From contig NC_083227.1 in assembly GCF_032191835.1 (NCBI RefSeq), forward strand, positions 108,872,001-108,936,000: 64,000 nt of DNA, in the 5' to 3' direction. Below the pieces are notes generated by a model. It saw only the letters and a program-made list of their open reading frames with translations. It did not search any database and was not told where the DNA came from. This DNA is from Heteronotia binoei (taxonomy: Eukaryota). Below, one piece after another: positions 36,762 through 49,029 of the stretch. The position numbers were made by a program, and so were the translations under genes. Numbering within the stretch: position 1 is the first letter of the stretch; each line of letters opens with the position of its first letter.

Positions 36762-38849
36762 GTAAACTCCTATTGTCTGTGTTTCAATGAAGTATATTGA
36801 GAGGTACTCACCAATGAATGTTTAACCTAAAAATATTATGTGGAAATATTTCCCATGGATTTCAGTGGAATGTACTTCTATGTGTGCTTAATATCTTCTA
36901 TTCTGTATGCCATCAGCCTTAAAAAATTGTTAGTTATTTTCTAAATAAGTGATAGACATGGCAAATATTTTCCAATTCCCCCCCCCCCAAAAAAAAACAT
37001 TCATTTCCTAGTATCTTTCTCAATGTTAAAAGTGTCAAAATTGCTGATTTTTTTTTACCCATGTGTTCTAGTTTTTTTTATTAATCCTTTCGTTGTAGAG
37101 ATACATCTTTCTCCTTTTCTTTGCAATGAAAAAGGTTGAAAACTTACTTTGTTTTAAAAACATGAAATCTGGGAATTCAGTGAACCCTGGTATACGGATC
37201 TAGTATCATTATTATTGATGTAATGTTATAACAGTGGTGGTAAATAAAAGCCTCAGTGGCTCAAGGACAGGAGGGATGGGGCAGGGAAACAGAAGGGGAA
37301 TCTGCCATGTGGAAGCTCTCTTACCACTGTGTTGTACTGGCAGTTGCAGCAGCAACAGAGATACAACACAAGCCTGTCTCTGTAGAAACCACCTTAAAGG
37401 AGAACAGGGGACTTGACATCACAACAGTGGAAAGCCTGTTCCATTCACAGGCAGTGGTGTGAAAGAAATGTAAAGAAACGGAGCAAAAGTGTGTGTGTGG
37501 TGACAGGAGATTAGGAGTGAGAGGAAAAATGAGTGGTTTGAGCAAGGAGAGTTGTTGCTTGCTTTAAATAGAAGGACTTAGGGGCTTCAAAAGCAGTTAC
37601 AGAAAATTACAAGGGCACCATTATGATATTTTCAGGGAAGGTGATGACATCCTAGTGAGAAGGAGTCATTACTGTAGTGCTAGCGGAGGAGGAGGAAGAC
37701 AAGCAGAAGGTTGTACAGCAGTCAGTGTTATGTAGTGGTTAGGATGGATCTAGGTTTGAATTCCCCACTTTACCATGGAAGTTGGGGTCAGTCATACATT
37801 CTGAGCCTAAGCTACTTTACGGGTTTGTTGTGAAGATCAAATGGAGAACAATATAAGGTGCCTGGAGATGAAAGCAGGGGATAAATGAAGTAGATAAATA
37901 AAATAGTCAAAAGAAGGGGTTGGATTTAGCAATCTGTCAGCAGAAGGTGCTGTTGATTACTAATCTTCTCCGCTTTCCTCTTCTTTCACCAGCCATTTCT
38001 AGCCCTGGGAATGTTGATTCTCAAGGTTGTGGTATCCATGTGGAGTAATAGCCACATAGTAAGAGCCTTTTCATCAGCCGAGTGGGCTATCGACAGATTT
38101 CTGCTGACAGAAGAGGGAGTGGGGGAAACAATTCCCCCCATTCCTTCTTTTTAGTGCAGCCCACCAACTGATGCAGCTATTACTCCATGCTGGTCCTATG
38201 ACCCCATGACTCAACTTTTCCAGGGCTGAAAGAGACTGCTGGGGGGGTGGGGAGGCGAAGATCCACAATCTATGCATGAGAAGATCATTGGGTCCAACCC
38301 CAAAGTTAAACAAGGTGGGGGGTGGGGGAGAAGAATGGGTGATCTTTGAAAATGCTGAAGAGATATCAGCACTTGGCAATAGCTGAGGGGGGGAGGGTGT
38401 CTGGGAAGAAAGAAGATGGCTCCAAAATGTTGCCTACTTGGAAGGAAGGGGCAAATTATGATAATGGTAAGACATCGAGAAGGAAATGATAGGCAGACTA
38501 ATGAGTACATGGTTAAAAGTCAGTAAAATAAATAAAGCCCATTAAAAGGCAAGAATGTAAACTCATTTCATTTAGACGTTCATGGAAGAAGCTTCCATAC
38601 AAAAGCTTTAACAGGCATTTTAAAAATTCAGCTTGTAATGGAGCATCTTGGCCATGGTAATGACTGCTGACCCTTCCCATTTGCAGTAGATTTGTCTAAC
38701 AGTGCAGATTTCAGCGGGTTTAGAATGTTATAGACTTCACCATTTAGGACCAAAGTGTAGGTGTTCTAGATATGAAACAGAAAATTGTAATTTCCTTGTC
38801 TTCCTTGCTATTATTATCACCATCATCCTGGCTTCTGCTTATTCTACAG

Positions 38850-38939
38850 GAGGACTTGGTCCACACTATTGGAGAGAGTGCTTCCCAAGGTGCTGCTGGG
38901 GTCATCTTGTGGGGGAGTGATAATTACAGCTGCTCACAG
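38850..38939 (+). CDS. HYAL1: Hyaluronidase-1-like, coding exon 2 (90 nt, EDLVHTIGESASQGAAGVILWGSDNYSCSQ)
   Basis: Acceptor ttctgcttattctacag| and donor CAG|gtaaat. GESASQGAAGVILW matches mammalian HYAL1 GESAAQGAAGVVLW. Confidence 0.88.
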
Positions 38940-39559
38940 GTAAATAATACAGAAGATTAGGATTGTGAAGATCCACGGGCTGCAATCCTGTGCACACTTA
39001 CTATAGAGCAAGTCCCACTGGTGTCAACGGGACTTATTTCTATGTGTGTTCTTAGTGTTTGGAAGCTTACACCTGCAGCTGTGTGAGTGCACCTGCATCC
39101 AGAACAATTATTTAGAAATTTGAATGATAGCTAGAATTACAGCTGACCTAGATTTTGTTCACTGCTTGGCTGCAGGCTCCTTGTATTGCCCAAGGCAAAT
39201 GTTTCATATCTCCATCTAGTCATCAGTAATCAACCCTGTGGAAATGGATCTGAATAAATATAATAAAGATTATAAGGTGTTCCACTGTGGGGCTACTGTT
39301 GGTTTCAGCCAAAAGATCTTTCCAAACCATAGAGAAGCTTGTAGGTATGAAGGGGGGTGATTTAGGGGTGAATTATATAGGATGGTTAACCTTTTTTTTC
39401 TGGGATGCTAGTTGATTTTATAGCTCGACATGAATATGCTAGCTTTGAGAAAGACAAATGTACACCCTGCTATTTACATATGGGGGAAGTGCTGCAGTTT
39501 TCTTTTATGGTCACTAAACTCAAGGACTGAACCTCTGCCAGCATGTTTACTGAAGTAAA

Positions 39560-40715
39560 AGAATTTATTCATTTAATTTCCATCCCACCCTCCCTGTGAA
39601 CAGGCTCACGGCATGTTAGAGCATGAAATTGCAATGATCACATTAAAACATACAAGGAGTTTGAGCAAGAGGGGCCAGATAATATTTGCAGCCTCAACTG
39701 AAAGCCTGGCGGAATAGCTCCATTTTAAAGGCCCTGTGGAATTGAAGGAGATCCTGCAGGGCCATGATCTCTATTCGGAGCTCATTCCACCAGGTCAGGG
39801 CCAGAGTAAAAAAAGCCCTGGCCCTAGTTGAGGCCAAGCAGATATCCTTTGGACCAGGGACTGCTAATAGATGTTTATCAGCCGAATGTAAGGCCCTTCG
39901 GGGACATACAGGAAGAAGCAGTCCCTCAGGTATATTGGTCCCTGGCCTGTCAGAGCCTTAAAGGTAAGAACCAGCACCTTGAATTGGATCCAGAACTCTA
40001 GCCAGTTCAGCTTGCACAGCACCAGGTGAATGTGTGCCCACAAAGGTGTCACACATTGCTGCATTCTGCACTAACTTCAGCTTCCAGATCAGGTACAAGG
40101 GTAGGCTTACATAGAGTGGGTTAAAATAGTCCCATCTGGAAGTGACTGTTGCGTGGCTTACCATAGCCAAGTCATGAGTGGAAAGGTAAGGGACTAGTTG
40201 CCAAACCTGCTAAAGATGGAAAAAGGCTGATTTGGCAACTGCTGTGACCTGGACCTCCACTGACAATCAGGGAGACATCCAGTATCACTCCTCATTTCCA
40301 AACACTGGGTGACAGCATCAGTAGCTTCCTGCCCAGGGTTGGAATTGGAAGCTGGATTCCCATATTCAGACCCCTCCCCCCCCCAAAAAAAAGCTCAGGT
40401 ACAGGACCTCCATCTTTGATAGATTCAACTTCAGTTAGCTCTGTTGCAACCAACCAGCCAGAGTCCTCAATGCCTGGTCATGGCATCTGGGGCTGAGTCC
40501 ATCTGTTTGTTCATTAACAGATATAGCTGGGTGCCATCAGCATACTGGTGATACCCAAGCCCGAATCCATGGATCAGCTGGGTGAGAGGGTGTATATCGA
40601 TGTTAAATAGCATTGGGGAGAGGATTGCTTCCTATGGGACCTTCACAATCCAGCAGGAACCACTGGGAGGCCCTCTCCCATAGTGCCACTCTCTGCCCCC
40701 AACCCTGGAGAAAAA
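39560..40715 (-). mobile_element. Degenerate L2 LINE fragment (RT end to 3' UTR), in HYAL1 intron
   Basis: Reverse strand gives ILSPMLFNI..GLGYHQYADGTQL (about 40520-40630) and WWNELR..FKMELFRQAFS-stop (about 39690-39810). Confidence 0.8.
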
Positions 40716-41469
40716 AGAGCATGAAATTGCAAGGCAAACATAACATAAATATTATCAGGTTTCAAATTCATGTACATAAAAGCATGTTGTCCCTAAAATA
40801 CTGGGATGATGCAGCATACTCTTTCAGAACTGCTGAGCTTCTTGTTCTTACATATATGTTTCCTATTCTCATTGCCAAAAACAGTGAAACATGTCAAAAC
40901 AGCAGCAGTGTAGCACCTTTCAATAGGAACACAAATGTCATGAAGTTGTGAGCAAGCAGTCTGAGTTCCCCAGAACTCGCTAGAAGGCTGGATGTGCAGC
41001 ATCTCACCCCCCCCCTAAAAAAAGAGTCAAGGAGACAGTGCTTGTAAACTGACAGTGTCACTGTCAAAGCTTGCTTATTCCTTATTTTAATGTTTTTTAT
41101 TTTATTTAGTTTCCTAGTAGTTGTTGTGTCCATTAATTTAAGATAATTTATTGTTATTAGTTGAGCATTATTCAGTTAGTTAGTAGTATGAAATTGTATT
41201 ATTAGTTAACTAATTGATAGGATTATTGGTAAATTACATAGTTAATTATTAGTTGGTTATTATTATTAATGGGATTAATTGGGGATTTCTAGGTTGGATT
41301 ATAGATTTTAAAGGAGAATGAGATCTGGGTAGATTGAGGCGATAGATTTGCAAGGGGTTGGAGGGGTGTGGGTCATTGGAAGGTGTGGACTAGCTTATAG
41401 GAGACCCACTTATTGGACTCTGCCAGCAAACGCTAACAGGACCTTTTTCTGGCCAAATAGCACTGCATG

Positions 41470-44400
41470 GGGGAGGCCATGTTAGGGTCGGGGATTCCAG
41501 TTATAGTAGGGTAGGGAAGGTATGATGGTGGGCATACGTTGCAAAGACAGGGAAGGGGCCGGAGATATGGAAATGCTCAGACCCCTTCCCTGCTATGTTC
41601 CATCCCAAGGCATGTTGGTTGTGGGACTACGATGAGTTACCCATCTCCTTCACTGGTGTTGATTAATCCCAGGTCCATCAACAATAAGATCACTACTCTA
41701 TGGGATTTTATCATGAAACAGCAAGTGGACCTGGCCTGTATGACGGAGACCTGGGTGTGGGACGGCAAAACTGTCACCTTGAACCAGTTTACCCCGCCTG
41801 CGTTTGCCGTCGTTCAGCAGTCTCGGACAAATGGGCGGGGGAGGGGAGTTGCTGTGCTTATCTGAGATTCTTTTTCTTTCAGGGCCCTCCCTGACTCGAA
41901 CATCACTGGCATAGAGTGCACTGGCCTGGTGTGGGAAGCTGAGGAGAGTTTGGCAATCTGGGTGGTGTTCCGACTGCCTAAAGCACCACCAGAGAGCCTA
42001 CCTGCCCTGCTGGATGCGGTGTCTGCCTGGGCTTTGGACTTCCCCAGACTTAGTTCTGGGGGATTTCAATGTCCATGTTGATGACGCAGCATCCTCACAG
42101 GCTCAGGATCTGGTGACACTGGGATTCAACCAATTTGTATCGGCTCCCACCCACCAGGCTGGGCACACGCTGGATTTGATCTTTGGGGCAGGGATATCAG
42201 CGGACCTGAAGGCAGCAAATGCTGTTCCATGATCAGACCACTATGCCTTGAAAGTCTGGCTAGACTTGCAACTTCTGTCATTGGAAGTGGATTTATGCTC
42301 GCCTGCAGAACCAAATGGACCCAGAGTGGCTTCAGGAAGCCCTGCAGGATATGATGCCCCTCTGGCAGGTCATTAGATGAGTTCGTGGAGAACTGGTATT
42401 CTTGGCTCCCCACTGCCATCGGTGACATTGCCCCCTGGCACTCTCTTTGCTGTTGTGCCAGGGCAGTATTCCTTGTAGCTGCTAGGGATGAAACAACAGC
42501 TTAGACAGCTAGAGCAAGTGTGGCAGCGTGCTTGTGATGAAGAGTCTAGAACTTCTTATAGAATGCTTATGAAAGTCTATGGGAAGGCTGTGAAGTCCAC
42601 TAAGAAAGATTTCTATGCAGATTCTGTGAGTCTGTGAAGTCATGCCCCGCTCAATTATTTAGAGTGATTCGGTCCTTAACAGCTCTGCCATCGAGCAACC
42701 AAAAAGATCGGGAATTGGATATTGGTTCTGAGGCTTATGTGACATTTTGCAGATAAAATCTTGACTCTCCACCAGGATCTCCCAGCCACAGTTGATACAG
42801 TATGTGAACTGGAAGCCCCTTGGCCATCTTCTGGTCCTATATTGGACTGCATCAGTCAACTCGTATTGGAGGATGTGGACAGGATCCTGGCTGCAGTGAA
42901 GCCCACCACTTGCCCCCTGCTGGGATGGTATCAGGGACTCTCTGGGTGATATTGTCCCTGGCAATAGGGACAGTCCCAGAGAAACTGAAGGAAGCAGTGA
43001 TTTGTCCGCTTTTGAAAAAAACATCTTTAGACCCTAGGGTATTAGCCAACTACTGCCCAGTTTTGAATTTACCATTCCTGGGAAAGGTAGATGAGAAAGC
43101 AGTGGCGGAGCAGTTGCAGGTCTTCCTGGATGAAACATCCGCCCTGGACCCTTTCCAGTTTGGTTTCCGCCCAGGCCATGGGACGGAGACAGTATTAGTG
43201 GCCCTCACAGATGACCTGAGAAAGCACCTGGACCAAGGCAGGTCAGTGCTGCTGATTCTTCTTGATTTATCATCTGCATTTGACATGGTTAATTATGATC
43301 TTTTGACCCACCACCTCACCATGGCCTTACAATGGTTTTCCTCCTTTCTCCAGGGACAAAGGGTGATGCTTGGCGAGCAGACTTCCATGCAGCACCCACT
43401 TATATGTGGAGTGCTGCAGGGAGCTATCCTCTTGCCAATATTATTTAACATCCATATGCGCCCCCTTGCTCAGATTGCCCAAGGTTTTGGGCTGGGTCGT
43501 CACCAGTATGCTGATGACACCCAGCTCTATCTGTTGATGGGTGGTAGACCATCCTCCGCCCCCGATCATCTGTCTGAGGTGTTAGGAGCCGTGACTGGAT
43601 GGTTACAGCAGAGACGACTGAAGTTAAATCCAGCTAAGTAGGAGGTCCTGTGCCTGAGTCGGAGGGGTGGGGGGGTTCGTGCATCCAGCTTCCAGCTTTG
43701 GACGGTGCTGTTTTGGTGCCAGCTCAACAGGTGAAGAGCTTGGGAGTGATTCTGGATGCCTCCCTTTCTATGGAGGCCCAGGTCATGATGGTTGCCAGGT
43801 CTGCCCTTTTCTGTCTACAACAGATCAGACAACTAGCACCATATCTATCCCCCCAAGACTTAGCTACAGCAATCCATGCAATGGTTACTTCCAGGCTGGA
43901 CTATTGTAACTCACTCTATGCTGGCTTGCCCTTAAGGCTGATCCGGCAACTGCAGCGGGTGCAGAGTGTGGCAGCTTGCCTGATGACTGCATCACCTGTA
44001 TGGGTGAGCATATGGCCAGCACTCCGTGGCCTGCACTGGCTGCCTATAGAGTACCGGGTCTGTTTCAGGGTTTTAGTTTTGACTTTTAAAGCCTTGCACG
44101 GCCTGGGACCAACATACCCATGGGACCGTCTCTCCCCATATATGCCAAAGAGGTCGCTTTGTTCGGCCTCCCAAGATCTTTTGACAGTCCCCAGCCTAAG
44201 AGATGCCCATCTTGCCTCTACCAAGACCAGGGCTTTTTCAGTCCTGGTCCCAACCTGGTGGAATCTGCTCCCTACGGAGATCCAGACCCTTCCTGGCTTG
44301 TTAGCCTTTCGTAGGGCCTGTAAAACAGAGCTGTTCCACCAGGTTTTTGGATGAGGCAGCGGGCGTCCATTTGTTAGATCAGTTGGCCTCCCCTGCTGCA

Positions 44401-44686
44401 CCATCATGTCGTACCATCATCAGTGCTGAAAAAATTATGCTATTAATATAGCATTGCTATTTCATCATTATTCGGACTGTCGTTACTGATGGGGGCCAGT
44501 GGGTTATGTAACATCATAATACGTGTTATGTAAAGTGCTGATTAGTTTCTGAGATTAATGCTGTAACTGATTTTATTATGATTTTAGCTGTTTTAATTGT
44601 TTGTTTTATTATCATCTATTTGATGTACTCTGCTCTGAGCCCCCTTGGGGGAATGGGTGGAATATAAATAAACTAATAATAATAAT
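41470..44686 (+). mobile_element. Degenerate L2-clade LINE, about 3.2 kb (APE endonuclease plus reverse transcriptase), in HYAL1 intron
   Basis: Endonuclease motifs LINPRSINNK, DLACMTETW, LGDFNVH, THQAGHTLDL. RT motifs QFGFRPGHGTET, LLDLSSAFD, QGAIL, HQYADDTQLY, LKLNPAK. C-terminal SRLDYCNSLYAGLP and a (TAA)n tail. ORF2 is broken by stops and frameshifts. Confidence 0.92.
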
Positions 44687-44881
44687 TCCCATGTGTATAG
44701 GTTGAGAAGAATGTCTTTGGTGCAGGAGCCATGTTGTGGTTATCCTTCTGCACAATCAGGCCAAGTTTGTGGTTATAACTGTGATCATGTGTGACTCTCA
44801 TGTTGTAAGTGACTTTTGAGGCACTGAGGCCAAGGCTTGCAAATCAGGGAATGGGAACAGAAATCCTCCCATTTATGCTCT

Positions 44882-45100
44882 TAGAAGACTTGGTTTTTAT
44901 ACCCCACTTCTCTACCCTGAGTCAAAGTGGCTTGCAATCACCTTCATTTCTCTGCCCACAACAGGCACCTTGTGAGGTAGGTGGGGCTGAGAGAGCTCTG
45001 AGAGAACTGTGACTGACCCAAGGTCACCCAACTGGCTTCATGTTGAGGAGTGGAGAATCAAACCTGATTCTCCAGATTGGAGTCTGCCACTCTTACACAA
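44882..45100 (-). mobile_element. Squam3-like SINE about 80 bp upstream of the last HYAL1 acceptor
   Basis: cttgtgaggtaggtggggctgagagag...cccaaggtcacccaactggcttcatg...gaatcaaacc. Confidence 0.8.
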
Positions 45101-45177
45101 TTTGTCCCACAAATGTCTGTTGCAGATCAGTATAGCATTTCTCTGTTTCAACCTAATTCTTTCTGGACTCCTTTCAG

Positions 45178-45501
45178 GAAGCTTGTCTTCATGTGAAGAA
45201 GTATATGGATACTGTCCTTGGTCACTACATTATAAATGTCACCAGCAGTGCCAGGCTTTGCAGCCAGATATTGTGTTTCAGTCATGGACGCTGCATGCGG
45301 CAAGACAGTCACCCGGAAGCTTTTCTGCACCTCAGTCCTACCAGCTTTACTATTGAGAGGCATCCCACAGAGCCACGCTTAATTGTGACTGGTCGCATGC
45401 CAGAAGAGGAACAAGTGAAGATGGCAGAAGAATTTAGATGCCGATGTTATAGTGGCTGGGATGGCCCACAATGCAACAAGAAGTCATCTCGGAATCAGTG
45501 A
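45178..45501 (+). CDS. HYAL1: Hyaluronidase-1-like, last coding exon (EGF-like domain, no membrane anchor)
   Basis: Acceptor ctcctttcag|GAAGCT. EACLHVKKYMDTVLGHYIINVTSSARLCSQILCFSHGRC...FRCRCYSGWDGPQC, with the stop soon after the last Cys as in secreted/lysosomal HYAL1. Confidence 0.88.
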   Translation, partial: EACLHVKKYMDTVLGHYIINVTSSARLCSQILCFSHGRCMRQDSHPEAFLHLSPTSFTIERHPTEPRLIVTGRMPEEEQVKMAEEFRCRCYSGWDGPQCNKKSSRNQ

Positions 45502-45763
45502 TACTCCACCTAGAATATAAATTCCATGGGGGCTCATACATGCAGGTATTTGCATACTTTTTCAGAAAGAAAAGTACTTTCCTACAGGACATATACTTAT
45601 TTTATCATGAGCAGCACATGTAACAAGCATATAGCACATCAGTCTTGTCACATTAGCTGCCTATACCTTCCAGTCAACATGTGAGCATTCATACACACAT
45701 AGGTGTGCTTAGTACAGATGCACACTTGGCTTTCTCCTAAACACTACTTTCCACTCACAAGCT

Positions 45764-45766
<3 letters not shown>

Positions 45767-45798
<32 letters not shown>
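45767..45798. repeat. (AG)n microsatellite in the probable HYAL1 3' UTR
   Basis: About 16 uninterrupted AG units. Confidence 0.95.
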
Positions 45799-45801
<3 letters not shown>

Positions 45802-46052
45802 GATAGCTTTTTTACAATACTCTACCCACACCTAAAACATACTACATGGAAAATATAAAGCAATCATCTATACTTGTGTTTGTAATTACATAATCTAGTA
45901 AATGTTGCTTGCAGTTTGTATTTAGCTATGAACTTGGCTTCCACTGCAAAGTTCCACAACCACCTAGTCTATTGTGTGTGTGATTTTCTAGCTGGCTCCT
46001 AGTCTGTTAAAGCTATTATGAGATGCAAAACTGTCCTGTTCTCGGGCTTTTA

Positions 46053-46058
46053 AATAAA
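46053..46058 (+). terminator. Candidate HYAL1 polyadenylation signal
   Basis: First AATAAA after the stop codon, followed by a GU-rich tract (gtcttggtttgagtgtgtgt). Confidence 0.45.
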
Positions 46059-46273
46059 TTGAGATGTCTTGGTTTGAGTGTGTGTCCAGTTTCACCTTGC
46101 TGTCATGAAAATACATAACAACTTTATATGATGAAAACCTAAGTTTCTCATGAGTCACCATCTGCCTCCCAGACTCAGGATCTGGTTGCAGGAGAGTGAA
46201 GTAGGAGACAAGGCCATTGGTGCAACAGCACATCATTCCTTTTTTTTAAGCATTTCCTGGCTAGTATAGCCAA

Positions 46274-46816
46274 CAGGGCCACCTCATTCACTAGGCAAAC
46301 TAGGTGGTTGCCTAAGGTGCTGGGAGGGGGGCGCTGAATTGGGCTCCCCCCCTCCTGGTGCGCATGACAAACACCTAGTTTGCCTGCCTCTCCCCCCGCC
46401 CCGCTGCTGCTGCCACCACCACCACTGCCCGCCCCCTCCCTTTCCTAGTGCCGTGTGCCGAGCTCTGTCCCCCTGACGTGATCAGAGGAGTGCACCATGA
46501 CAGGCTTGGCCCTATCGGCTTTGATGCAGCTGGCATCTGATCCTTCTTTGAACAGAGCTCTGGAGGAGGCTTCGCTCCCCCTCACTTCCAGCTCTGGGAA
46601 GGAAGGGGGAGAAGCCTCCTCCAGTGCTCTGTTCAAAGAAAGATCAGATGCCGGCCGTGTCGAAGCCGGTAGGGCCGAGCTTGTTGCGGTGTGCTCTGAT
46701 GGGGGGCGATGGAGCACAGCGCTGTCTTGTGGCACTGTGGAGGGTGGGAGGGAGGGCAGTGGCACTGCCAGGCAAGAAGCCTGCCTGGGGTGCCATGCAC
46801 CCTAAGGCCGGCACTG
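46274..46816. mobile_element. hAT MITE with a long internal palindrome
   Basis: Ends cagggccacc / ggccggcactg. Perfect 8-bp TSD ATAGCCAA (46266-46273, 46817-46824). Confidence 0.85.
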
Positions 46817-49029
46817 ATAGCCAATGCAACACCACTAGTCAGAAAATGCCTGCCTTTGTGCCACTTCATCTCACCATTCCAGACCTGTCCTTTACTGAAA
46901 GCAATGTATCCCAAAGCCTACAGTTTGTATCTGTCAGGGATTATTTCACATAGGTACTTTTACAGACTGATGCACACATACACTTATCCACCAAGACATA
47001 GGTGCAATACCAGCGCAGGGATGGGCTCTTGGAATATCTTCTCCCATCAGTGCAGATTTCTCAGGCAGCAGCAAACATTTCAAGTGGAGAGCTATGCACT
47101 TTACTGAATAGAGGGATCAACATTTGTTGGAAATGATAGTAGAGTTCTAAGAATGCATTAACAGCTTCAGAGTAGCGGAAGTTCCCTGCTGCTTTTTATC
47201 CTACAGCAAAGTCCTCTAAGCAACTGGAGAAATGTGCAAAATTAGATGACATTCACTGCATGTAGCAAAACAGTTCCCAAAGCCAAAATGTATGGCATTT
47301 TCTAGTATGCTAATGACTACATCATATTTGCTTTCTACATATATCTCTCTATAAAATGACAAACTGGAGTTGAGGATGTTCAGAGTAAGTCTGAACTAAA
47401 TACTATTGAAAGGAGAGATAGCAGTTAGTGAAGGGTTCTCCAACCTTTTGAGCCTAGGGCACCTTTGGAATTCTGACACAGGGTAAGCACAACTACAAAA
47501 TGGCTGCTGCAAAATGTCAGGGAGCCAACCACATACAGACAAATGTCAGGGAGCCAATCACATACACGTGGCTAATTGGTAAAGCATCTGTTTGGCATGC
47601 AAAAAGTTCCAGGTTTAATCCTTGGCATTTCAAGTTAAAAAAAGATCAGGTAGTATGTGATACAAAAGACCTCTGCTTGAGACCCTGTAGACTAAGAACT
47701 GCCAGTCTAAGTAGGCAATTATTGTCCTTGATGGACCAACAGTCTGATTTAGTATAAGGCAGCTTAATGCCTTCACACACACACACTATTGTAAGAAAGG
47801 CATAGGACTCTTTAGGCCAGGGGTGTCAAACTCATTTGTTATGAGGGACAGATCTTACAAAAATGGGACCAGGCCAGGCCATTTGCGTCATAAAATGTAT
47901 TTCCAGGTAGCAGAGATCTAAAGTTTTCTAAACTTTATAAAGAACCTAGACACACACAATTAAAGATATTTTACCAGTTTCTGGGTAGGCATGAAGTTGG
48001 TGTGTTCCTGGTAAGCATCAAGTTGATGTGTCCCTACCACAAGACCCCAGGTGTAGAGAAAAATCTACATAGGCAGACTGGAGAGCCAGCAGAGCAGCAC
48101 TGGGCTGATGAGAAAACATGAAACGGCTGGGCACTGTAAGCTTTTCTCTCAGGGTTATAAAATATACCTATTTTCCCACTAGTGTAACATTACTCCACAG
48201 GATAGTGGATTGTCAACACTAACTTTGGAAATCTTTGGAGAGCCTAGGGTGATGCCCGTGGAAGGGAGAGAAATATGGGTATGATACCATACAATCCACT
48301 TTCCAGGGGAATTTGTATGTTCAGTTGTTGCTGCCATCTAGCATGCCTGTGCCAAGGCATGCCTGTGGCCCCAGAGTCCCGGCCCCACCATTTTATCACA
48401 AGTGGAAGGGCCCTGGCCCTACCACTTACTACCCTGCTCACATCTGAGCCAGATGAGATTCTCTTGTCCCCCACCATGCATACCTTGCAGCCAAGGATCA
48501 GCCTCGCTCACCACCAGGAGATGATGCATGCGCTTGGCAGGGAGGCAGGCATCACTGCTGCTCACTCACGCCATTGTTCCATTGTTCCGCTGCCTGCTCA
48601 CTCACCATGGTTGCCTTACTGTGATTTCTGCCAGTGGCAGCAGCAGGACTCCCCTTCCAGGTGCTATCTCTGCTTGGGCACCTTCTTCACTCCCGCTTTT
48701 CCAGCGGCATCTTTGTGGTTGCCTCTCCAGCAGCCAAGCAGGCAATTGGCAAGCTCCCATCCTTCCTTCTACCCAGCATCTGGTTGCTGGCCCTGCATGC
48801 AGGTTTGGATTCTCAGCTCAGGGAGTGAGTGGGTGGGTTGAAAGGCCTGAGACAGGTGGGTGGCCATGGCAAATACTAAGCCTGAAAGGGAAAAGCACAC
48901 CAGGAGGGGAAGAGACAAGTTTTGTCTCAGGGAGTCAGCATGCTCAGCTGGGGGAGAGAGATTGGGGGAGAGAGAAGCCAGTCTCGCCTCCTCCATCTCT
49001 CTGTTGTCCCCAGGGAGAGGGGACTCCCT

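Noticed and set aside
42820-44354. RT-containing ORFs as an active retroelement or novel RT system
   Set aside because: Ordinary L2 ORF2 broken by stops and frameshifts, with degraded motifs.
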